A stretch of 64,000 nucleotides of DNA, taken from the IMG/VR virus record IMGVR_UViG_2873314349_000003, one strand, 5' to 3'. The notes under the pieces are model-generated. The model worked only from the letters and a program-made list of their open reading frames with translations. It had not been told where the DNA came from and made no database searches. A program made the position numbers and the translations under genes. Source of the DNA: a virus (Duplodnaviria > Caudoviricetes). Below are positions 56,872 to 64,000 of the stretch, in pieces; within the stretch, counting starts at the first letter, position 1, and the number at the start of each line of letters is the position of its first letter.

Positions 56872-58973
56872 TCGGTGTCCTGCGAGAAGGGGAAGTCGTT
56901 GATGTCGCCGGCCGTGGCGTCGGTGTTGGTCGGCCGATACCGCAGCAGCTTCAGCTGCTGGCTGGCGACCCCCAAGATGCCCTGCAGCGCCTCGAGCTCG
57001 TCCTGCCAGCCTTCCCGATCCTCGGCCGTCATCTCCCGGCCCTCCCCGACGAGAGGCACCATGGCCGTGAAATGCTCGGCGATAGCGTTCGCGGCTCGTT
57101 TCGCGCTCTTGAACAGGCCGACCGTGTTCTGGAGCTTGGCCGTCCACTGCTCGCTGGGCGACAGCTGGGACTGTGTGCCCGGCCTGCCGTCGGGCTCGGG
57201 CTGGCTGGTCTCCAACGGCCAATGGCTGGTGAACCACTCCGAGTCGGCCGCCTTCGTCTCGGTGGTCACCACCTCCCCGTTCACAACGCGGCGCAGACGG
57301 CCCTCAGGTGTGCCCTGCCGCGGCGCGGCCGGGCGGCCAGCGCGTACCTGGAGCACCTCGGCGAACGCGTCGATAGCCTCGACGAACAGCCTGATCCCGT
57401 CGCTGGTGGTGCGGGCTGCAGCGAGCTTGGTCGACGGCGTGCGCCGGTCGCCAGTGGATCCGTAGGAACCGAGGAGCACCTTGCCGTTGACCAGACCCGG
57501 AACCGCGACATGCGCCAACTCGGCACGAGCCTCGTCGCGGATCGGGCCGGGGTCGGCGGACATCGCGGCGGCGATCAGGTCAGCGGCCGACAGGCCGGTC
57601 GTAGGAATGCCCTGCCGGACCATCCGCTGATGGGGGGTGTCCATCGCGGCCGCCGGGAGATCGACTCCGCCGACTGCGGCGGTGAGCAGGGCGCTGCGGA
57701 TCTCGGCCCTGGTCTGCACGTGCTTAGCGGTCAGGTGTGCTGGCGGCGGCTCAACGAGCACCTTGGTCGTCCTGCGCAGATCGGGGATGTTGTTGGGGAA
57801 GACCACCCGGTCGACCAGCCGGACAAGCGCCACCACGGCCTCACGCGGCTCGGCGTGAAGACATGCAGCAGGCGTCGCACCGGACAGGACCGCGTGTTCC
57901 AGGTCCGTGATCGCGTCGGCGGCATACGCGGCGTCGGCCAGCTTGCGGCCGGACGCCATGGCCTGGTTGGCGCCGGTGAAGTCCAGCGGGCCCCGCAGGT
58001 GGGTGCGCAGGTTGGTCGAGGCCAGCGCTGCGTCGAAGTCCGGCCGGCTCTCGTCGGCCGGGACATATCCGATCACGAACGCGGCGTCGGTGGTCGCAAC
58101 CTGGATCGCGGCGTTGGCGGCCTCCGCGAACCGGCGATTCTGCATCGCCTCCGCGGCCTTGTTCGGATCGTCGGCCGGGATCTCGATGCTCTCGGGATCG
58201 ACGCCGAAGAACTCGTTGAGCTTCGCGGTGTATCGGTCCCGCCAGTCAGCCGGGTCCCGCCAGCGCTGATCCTCGGGTCCACCGAAGATCCGTTGAGGCA
58301 GGCCGAGCAGTCCGACCGCGGGGAGGAGGCCGTACAGGTCGTGGCGGTGCCGGGTGCGGTTGGAGCCGGCCGTGGCGGCGGAGGTGTCCCACACCTGGTC
58401 GCCGACGCGGTAGCGCACGATGTGGTAGGTGGCCCGCTCGGACTGGCCGGAGACCTGAAGGTCGGCCTTCAGGTCGTACTTACGGGCCTTCTCGGCCGCG
58501 TTCAGCCTGCCCTCGACGAAGGTCAGGTGGTCTATGAGCGACTGCTCGGACTCGAACTCGACCTCCAGTTGCGCGGGCTGGCGGCCGTCTGGCGCCGTCA
58601 TCGCCACGACGCGCGGCGTGGCCACGGCGACGGCCTGGGCCACGTCGTAGGCGAAGCGGATGTTGAACTGGTTGATCGCGCTGGCCAGACCGGGCTGCTT
58701 GGCGATCAGCTGGTAGAGGATGCCGTGCTCGGTCTTCACCTTGAGGACGGCGTTGGGTTTGAAGCCCTTGACCACGATGCCGGTGTTCTTGCTGCCGCTG
58801 GTTTCGATCAGGGGCTTGATGTTGGTGATGTCGGTGGCGAGGCGTTCCAGGGCGCTCTGGTCGAGAGTGCACCGTGGGTCTTTCAGGCCTGCCTGGACGA
58901 ACTGGGCCCGGTACTCGGGCTCGTCGAGGTAGGGGAAGGGTCCGGTCGGGCGGTTGGGACGACGCGGTGACAT
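56868..58973 (-). CDS. 701-aa protein, possible ParB/Srx-like N-terminal domain
   Basis: GAGG RBS; DL..DLQVSGQ.E and AGSNR motifs; C-terminal coiled coil. Confidence 0.75.
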   Translation of the reverse strand: MSPRRPNRPTGPFPYLDEPEYRAQFVQAGLKDPRCTLDQSALERLATDITNIKPLIETSGSKNTGIVVKGFKPNAVLKVKTEHGILYQLIAKQPGLASAINQFNIRFAYDVAQAVAVATPRVVAMTAPDGRQPAQLEVEFESEQSLIDHLTFVEGRLNAAEKARKYDLKADLQVSGQSERATYHIVRYRVGDQVWDTSAATAGSNRTRHRHDLYGLLPAVGLLGLPQRIFGGPEDQRWRDPADWRDRYTAKLNEFFGVDPESIEIPADDPNKAAEAMQNRRFAEAANAAIQVATTDAAFVIGYVPADESRPDFDAALASTNLRTHLRGPLDFTGANQAMASGRKLADAAYAADAITDLEHAVLSGATPAACLHAEPREAVVALVRLVDRVVFPNNIPDLRRTTKVLVEPPPAHLTAKHVQTRAEIRSALLTAAVGGVDLPAAAMDTPHQRMVRQGIPTTGLSAADLIAAAMSADPGPIRDEARAELAHVAVPGLVNGKVLLGSYGSTGDRRTPSTKLAAARTTSDGIRLFVEAIDAFAEVLQVRAGRPAAPRQGTPEGRLRRVVNGEVVTTETKAADSEWFTSHWPLETSQPEPDGRPGTQSQLSPSEQWTAKLQNTVGLFKSAKRAANAIAEHFTAMVPLVGEGREMTAEDREGWQDELEALQGILGVASQQLKLLRYRPTNTDATAGDINDFPFSQDTE

Positions 58974-59678
58974 ACCGCACCTCTGCTTTCGGGCGCAGGG
59001 CGGCAGGATTCCGCTGCCGTGCCCTGGAGGACAAGGACGCGGAGTGGGTCCGCCTCCCGTTGTGCAGAGGCCGGTGCCGCCGCCGTACCACCTCCCCGCC
59101 ATGGCAGGGCACTGGGCCGTTGCAACCACCTTGGACAGATCGCCGTACCGGACCGCCGCAAGCTCCTCAAGGGAACCGCGACATGTGGTCACCCCGAACC
59201 GATTCGATCCATTGGGGCTGGTGCGGGTCACCAACATCGGTGCGCTCCAAGCGCCATCTTAAGGGGTACGAGCGACAATCTCCCGATATTCGGTGTCCGC
59301 CAGCCGCACCGGTTCACTCGGCGTCTGGGCAGAAATGGACCGGTCACCGGCCGGGGACTTGCTGAGCTTCGGCCTTCCAAAGTTGTATTGCGCTCGGCGT
59401 GTTGTCCTCGCACGCGCTGGCCGTACATCTGCTTCTTGGCGAACTGCGGGTGACGTCGTAGGCCGCCCGCGAGGCGCGCGTTGTCCCAGCCGTCGAAGGC
59501 CATGCGCGGGGTACCGCCGAGATCGCATGGTGCGACCTCGGCACTGCGGCCGTCCGCGTGCGCTACCCGTTCCACAAGTCCGTGGAGGCGTACCTGGACG
59601 ACACTCTGAAGTGACAGCCGGGAGTGCCTTCTCGCGAGTGGGCGGCCAGCCGGGAGCCGTCCGCCTATCCTTGGGCCC

Positions 59679-59909
59679 ATGGCCTTCATCGAGGAGCGCG
59701 TCGACACCGTCGAGAACGACATCGCGGAGATCAAGGAGACCCTCGGAGCGCACTCCGAGGTGCTCGCCGGGCACACCCGCTCCCTGACCGCACTGGAGCG
59801 GAACACCGCACTGATGCGCGACGACATCGCCGAGCTGAAGGCCGGCCAGATCGAGATCCGGGACCTGCTCGCTCGCGTCGTCGCACGTCTGGAGGGTGTG
59901 CAGGCGTAG
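59679..59909 (+). CDS. Small coiled-coil protein
   Basis: Heptad pattern; hairpin at 59946-59979 follows. Confidence 0.65.
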   Translation: MAFIEERVDTVENDIAEIKETLGAHSEVLAGHTRSLTALERNTALMRDDIAELKAGQIEIRDLLARVVARLEGVQA

Positions 59910-60090
59910 ACCGCCCATCGCACGCTGATCCGTTAGCCTGACGTTGAGAGCCCTGGCGTGGGGAAGCGCTGGGGCTCTCGCTATGCCGGTAAACCTCACC
60001 GCCGGTTGCCACGTCTACTAATCCCACACCGAGGGCCTCACCGGCGCCCCGCGCTCCCGGTACGTGGAGCGCGGGGCGTTCGAGGGGTGA

Positions 60091-60669
60091 TCAGTCGCCG
60101 AGTGTCAGTGTGACCGGGTGGGTCATCTGCTCCCCGGTGTACTGCACGCGGCCGCGGTGGCTGATCTCGACGGCGTAGAAGGGGTGGCCGGCCTGGACGC
60201 CGGTGACGCTGAACAAGAAGATGCACACCCCGCGCTGGTGACTCCACGAGCCGTAGGCGAGCTCGCCGAGGCCGAGTGTGCGGCCCGACGGGTCGGAGAC
60301 CACCACCTGGGCGCCCTCGCGAATATCGCTGTACCCGCCCTTGGAGGTGCAGGTGAGGTCGTTCTCGATGATGGTGCTGTCGCTGCTGAAGCTCACTTCG
60401 AGCTGGCCGGTGACGGTCAGCGTGGAGGGCGACGGCGAGGGGGATGGCGACGCGGCGGCCGGGGCCGAGGCTGCTGCAGGGGCCGGCGTACTGCCCTGGG
60501 CGAGCGTGAGGATCGTGTAGGCGGCGCCGACGAGTAGCACCAGAGGCACGGTCACGGCGAGCACCCATAACAGTGTGCGGCGCCGCGGACGTGGCGGGGG
60601 AGGAGGCGGGTGGCCATAGCCCGGTGGCGGGCCGTAGGGGGGTTGCTGGGGGCCGTGCTGGTAGGCCAT
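60091..60669 (-). CDS. Membrane-anchored protein with Pro-rich N-terminus
   Basis: AGGAG RBS; one TM; C..GGYSDI..GAQV.V. Confidence 0.75.
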   Translation of the reverse strand: MAYQHGPQQPPYGPPPGYGHPPPPPPRPRRRTLLWVLAVTVPLVLLVGAAYTILTLAQGSTPAPAAASAPAAASPSPSPSPSTLTVTGQLEVSFSSDSTIIENDLTCTSKGGYSDIREGAQVVVSDPSGRTLGLGELAYGSWSHQRGVCIFLFSVTGVQAGHPFYAVEISHRGRVQYTGEQMTHPVTLTLGD

Positions 60670-60916
60670 CGCGGACTCCTGGGGAAAGCCTGGTGGACTT
60701 TTCCTGGACGGTCGGTGGACGCGGTGGGGTTACCGTGAGGTGCGTCTGGTGATCGGATTGTTAGCTCGCAAGGGGTGGGTGAGCCCGCCAGGCGCTAAAC
60801 TACGGAGAGTGACATGGCTGACGATCCGCTAGATCGCTTAGTGACCACTCGCCTTCGGGGTTTTCGCTGAAATCCCAGGTGAGAATACGCAAGCGGGTAT
60901 GTCGTACAGCCCAAAC

Positions 60917-60964
60917 CGCCTTACAAGCGAGGGGTCACTGGTTCGAACCCAGTAGCGCCCACCA
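60917..60964 (+). tRNA. 3' half of tRNA-Val(TAC): att core, not an intact tRNA
   Basis: CTTACAA anticodon loop, GGTTCGAACCC T-arm, CCA end; no 5' half upstream. Confidence 0.88.
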
Positions 60965-60972
60965 GCGAAAAC

Positions 60973-61024
60973 AGCCCCGTCTCCGACCTGGGAAAACGGG
61001 GCTCGTGCCATTACCGTGCCATTA
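60973..61024 (+). other. Hairpin plus arm-type integrase repeats
   Basis: AGCCCCGT/ACGGGGCT stem; CGTGCCATTA x2. Confidence 0.7.
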
Positions 61025-61044
61025 GCTCTCATCGGCGATCTTGC

Positions 61045-62181
61045 TCAGTGACCCCTCGCCTTGACGGTGAACACGTTTGTGATCTTGCTGTCCATGGCGT
61101 CAGCGATCTTACGGTCCGCTTCCGCCGTGCTGTGCTGGTAGATCATCGCCGCGCGTACGCTGTCGTGTCCCATTCGCTCCATGAGATCGCGAAGGCTCGC
61201 CCCGGACCCGGCCGCGAGCGTGTTGCCCGTGTGCCGCAGATCATGGAAGTGCAACCCAGGTAGGCCGATCTTGCGTGTGGCGTCCGCCCAGTTGGCCGCC
61301 CTGCGGAAGTTGCTCCGCCGGAAGATGCCGCCACGGGATCCCGTGAAGATCAGTGCGTCGTCTCCCGGACTTGTGTACTTCGCAAGGTGATCGTCCAGCG
61401 CCGGGATGATCGCCGAGGGGATCGCGACGGTACGCACTCCCGCCCGTGACTTGGGCGGACCGACGATCAGCTCTCCGGTGTCCAGCTCGACATGCTGTTG
61501 CCGGACGCTGACCGTGCCCGCCGTCAGGTTGAGGTCCATCCGCCGCAGCGCCGCCACCTCGCCCCATCGAAGGCTCGCGAACGTGGCCAGCAGCACGAGC
61601 GCCCGCAGCCGTTCCGGCATCAGATCGGCGAGCTGGAACACCTGCGCGACCGTGAGCACCGGCCGTTCCTCCGGCTTCTCCTCGCCGGCGCCTTTGATCC
61701 GGCACGGGTTACGCGGGATGATCCGGTCGTCTGCCGCCGTCATCAGCACGGCCCGCAGGAACCGGTACGACTTCGCCACCTCGGACGCACCCACGCCTTT
61801 GCCGACGAGCGTTGCCCGCCATTCCCTGATCACGGCCGTCTCGATCTTGCCGAGAGCCACGTTGCCGAGATAGGGAATGAGGTACCGCCGCAGCAGCCCC
61901 CGGTAGATCTCGACCGTACGAGGCCGGAGGTTCGCCCGCTCCTTGATCCACTTCTCGGCGTACTCGCCGAGCTTGACTTTCGCCCGCTGAGGGTCGGTCC
62001 AGTCACCAGTGACGAGCTTTGCTTCCACGAGCGCGAGCGCCTTGTCCGCGTCCCGCTCGGTGGCATAGGTGGCGTCACCGGTACGCATCCGCCCGTCCGG
62101 TCCGGGATAGCGGATCTGGAACCGGCCGGACGGCAGCTTGCGGATACTGCCGAAACGGCGTCGTCCCTCCCTGTTGGCCAT
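61045..62181 (-). CDS. int: AICE tyrosine integrase
   Basis: RFGSIRKLPSGR; LRWGE, PKS, HDLRH, MGH, IY. Confidence 0.95.
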   Translation of the reverse strand: MANREGRRRFGSIRKLPSGRFQIRYPGPDGRMRTGDATYATERDADKALALVEAKLVTGDWTDPQRAKVKLGEYAEKWIKERANLRPRTVEIYRGLLRRYLIPYLGNVALGKIETAVIREWRATLVGKGVGASEVAKSYRFLRAVLMTAADDRIIPRNPCRIKGAGEEKPEERPVLTVAQVFQLADLMPERLRALVLLATFASLRWGEVAALRRMDLNLTAGTVSVRQQHVELDTGELIVGPPKSRAGVRTVAIPSAIIPALDDHLAKYTSPGDDALIFTGSRGGIFRRSNFRRAANWADATRKIGLPGLHFHDLRHTGNTLAAGSGASLRDLMERMGHDSVRAAMIYQHSTAEADRKIADAMDSKITNVFTVKARGH

Positions 62182-63845
62182 CAGGCAGCCCTCCCCGTTG
62201 CCGAAAGATCTTCGATGGGTCGTCCGTCTGCGCGTGCTTGGGCTTGCTGGAGTGCGGTTCGCCAGCGTTGCCGGTTGGCGATCTCTTTTAGGAGCCGTTC
62301 GGCCAGGGGAGGCACGTCATGATCGGCGGGGGTTACGACTCGCCAGAGGTACCGGTGTGGTTCTACGGGCCGCGCCTGGTCATCGGTTGCCGAAAGGCCG
62401 AGCTGTTCCAGCACCCAGGCCCGGCGATCCTGCTTGTGCTCGGCCAGGGTCTTGCCCGACCACTTGCGCGAGACCAGGACCCGCCGACCCGCATAGCCGA
62501 GATGCTCGGGCTTATGTGCCTTGGACCGACACGAGCCCGGCCGCATCCCTGCCTTGGCTCCTTTGGGCTGCACGCCGTAGCGCAGCCAGTTCGAGCAACT
62601 CGGCGCGCACGGCTCGTAGCGAAGCACGTTCATCAGCCGTTCGACGTGCGCCCGCTGAGCGTCACTCGTGGCCTCGTGGCACTCGGTCAGTGATTTCGTG
62701 AGGTACTTGGTCAGGTAGTGCAGCCCGAGGTCGGCACCGGGCGATCCGGCGACCACGCCCTTGACGTCGACTTGTTCCCCTAGACGCACCACGTGGAAGG
62801 GCTGAGCGGCTTCGTCGGCGTCGAGCAGGTCGAGCGCCTGATCCCAGGTGGGCAGCACCTCACCGGTTCTCGGGTCGAGATAGTCGCCGGCCTGGCCGTC
62901 GCCGAGGTCGTCGGTGACCCACACGGGCAGGTGGTCACCCTCGAAACGGACCACGTCGCCCGATGGCCACCACACCTGATGGTAGGTGGCTGCCGCCACG
63001 GCCTTCACTTCAGCGCGGGGCATGGTGCCGCGTACGGCCATGTGCAGATGGGGCGCCAGCCGCCTTTGCGGTTCGACGGTGGCGAAGTACTGCACGTCAT
63101 AGCCCGCCACACGGCGAAGGTTCTGCACAAAGCGATCTACCACCTTGGGGAAGTGGATCGCATCACGCGCGGCGCGCACGTAGTCATAGGTGGAGGGGTC
63201 GACCGGTGTGCCGTCGTGACGGACCTTGCCGTAGCTGTCGCAGGTCAAGGTGATGAACAGCGACGGCCGGTGGATGCGCCCGTCCGGTGCGGTGAAGGTG
63301 CGTCCAACGGTGCGGTTCTCGCGTTGCCGCTTGGGCAGGTCGGGAGCGTCCTGCCTGCGACGGGTCGACCGAGTGCGCCGCGGCTTGCCCTCTCCGGGGA
63401 TCACGCTGCCACGGACCCCGGACGCGGCCAACTCGTCCTCTAACGTGGTGATGACCTCATCCCAGATCGCCACGTCTCCACCGATCTCCTCCTCCAGTTC
63501 CCGGAGCACGTGAGCATCGGCGCGTTCCTCGACGAGCCAAAGCTGACGGTCGTTTGGTTCGGCGGGTCCGGCGACCGGTTCGGCCTCCAGATGCCAGCCC
63601 TCGCGGCATTGGGCCCTACGGAGCTGGACCGCCCGGTTGGCGCACGGCTCACACTTGCTCGCCAGCGTGGCACCGCAGGGAATGTTGATGACCTCGGTCT
63701 TGCCGGTCTGGACGTCGGTGCGCTTGACCGGGATGGGCTGGACGCACACGCCGTGTTGCTTGGCGACCTCCTTGATGACGTCCAGAGCCAGCGGCATCGA
63801 GGAGCGTACGGCCCGGGGGAGACGGCGGTCGTTCGGGTTGGTCAC
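62181..63845 (-). CDS. repSA: RepSA-family replication initiator
   Basis: LT.DSYG, EPQRRLAPHLH, YLTKYLTK, SRKWSG. Confidence 0.9.
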   Translation of the reverse strand: MTNPNDRRLPRAVRSSMPLALDVIKEVAKQHGVCVQPIPVKRTDVQTGKTEVINIPCGATLASKCEPCANRAVQLRRAQCREGWHLEAEPVAGPAEPNDRQLWLVEERADAHVLRELEEEIGGDVAIWDEVITTLEDELAASGVRGSVIPGEGKPRRTRSTRRRQDAPDLPKRQRENRTVGRTFTAPDGRIHRPSLFITLTCDSYGKVRHDGTPVDPSTYDYVRAARDAIHFPKVVDRFVQNLRRVAGYDVQYFATVEPQRRLAPHLHMAVRGTMPRAEVKAVAAATYHQVWWPSGDVVRFEGDHLPVWVTDDLGDGQAGDYLDPRTGEVLPTWDQALDLLDADEAAQPFHVVRLGEQVDVKGVVAGSPGADLGLHYLTKYLTKSLTECHEATSDAQRAHVERLMNVLRYEPCAPSCSNWLRYGVQPKGAKAGMRPGSCRSKAHKPEHLGYAGRRVLVSRKWSGKTLAEHKQDRRAWVLEQLGLSATDDQARPVEPHRYLWRVVTPADHDVPPLAERLLKEIANRQRWRTALQQAQARADGRPIEDLSATGRAA

Positions 63846-64000
63846 GCGGCCTCACCGCCGTCCTCTACTGGGAGCGTGATGGCGGTCTGGCCGCACTCAC
63901 GGCATTCGACCAGGCCCCGCACCGGGTCCAGCCACAGCACGTCGCGGCAGCGGCATACCTCGCAGCACAGGCCGACCAGGAGGTGAACCAGCTTGGTCAT

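Larger units (their letters stand above)
60917..64000 (-). mobile_element. Second element (AICE), left end; continues beyond the window
   Basis: att core, int, repSA. Confidence 0.9.

Noticed and set aside
57072-58970. 632-aa plus-strand ORF
   Set aside because: Antisense shadow of the 701-aa gene
58974-59080. Hammerhead ribozyme
   Set aside because: GAAA precedes a stem but no CUGANGA core is present
60880-60964. Intact tRNA-Val
   Set aside because: No acceptor 5' strand or D-arm; anticodon stem incomplete

Overview
High-GC actinomycete mobile-element DNA; no host housekeeping block is visible. 1-22.1 kb: late region of a siphovirus-like prophage (protease/scaffold, DUF2190 cement, major capsid, neck, tail tube, tail chaperone with an in-phase -1 slippery site, 1726-aa tape measure, minor tails, amidase and holin-like genes). 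22-41.5 kb: mosaic accessory region with recurring small-gene modules, a secreted HNH nuclease, an extra MurJ flippase bracketed by inverted copies of a small Cys/QLDLF gene, a frameshifted Cre-like recombinase, and a soluble+4TM gene pair that looks like a defence system. 41.6-54.2 kb: leftward TraB/FtsK conjugation-spread module (XerC/D-like recombinase, RapZ-CTD, three NUDIX genes, HU, M48 peptidase, RHH repressor with twin palindromic operators) with no rep gene of its own. 54.2-60.7 kb: CGNR-type Zn-finger protein, phage antirepressor, and an orphan 701-aa ParB-like + GIY-YIG-like pair behind a structured leader. 60.9 kb: 3' half of tRNA-Val(TAC) as an att site, then int and repSA of a second, tandemly integrated AICE. 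Best novelty candidates: a possible phage/conjugative hybrid element, the ParB-like/GIY-YIG pair, the RexAB-like pair and the repeated promoter-anchored modules. All family assignments come from motifs read by eye; no searches were run.
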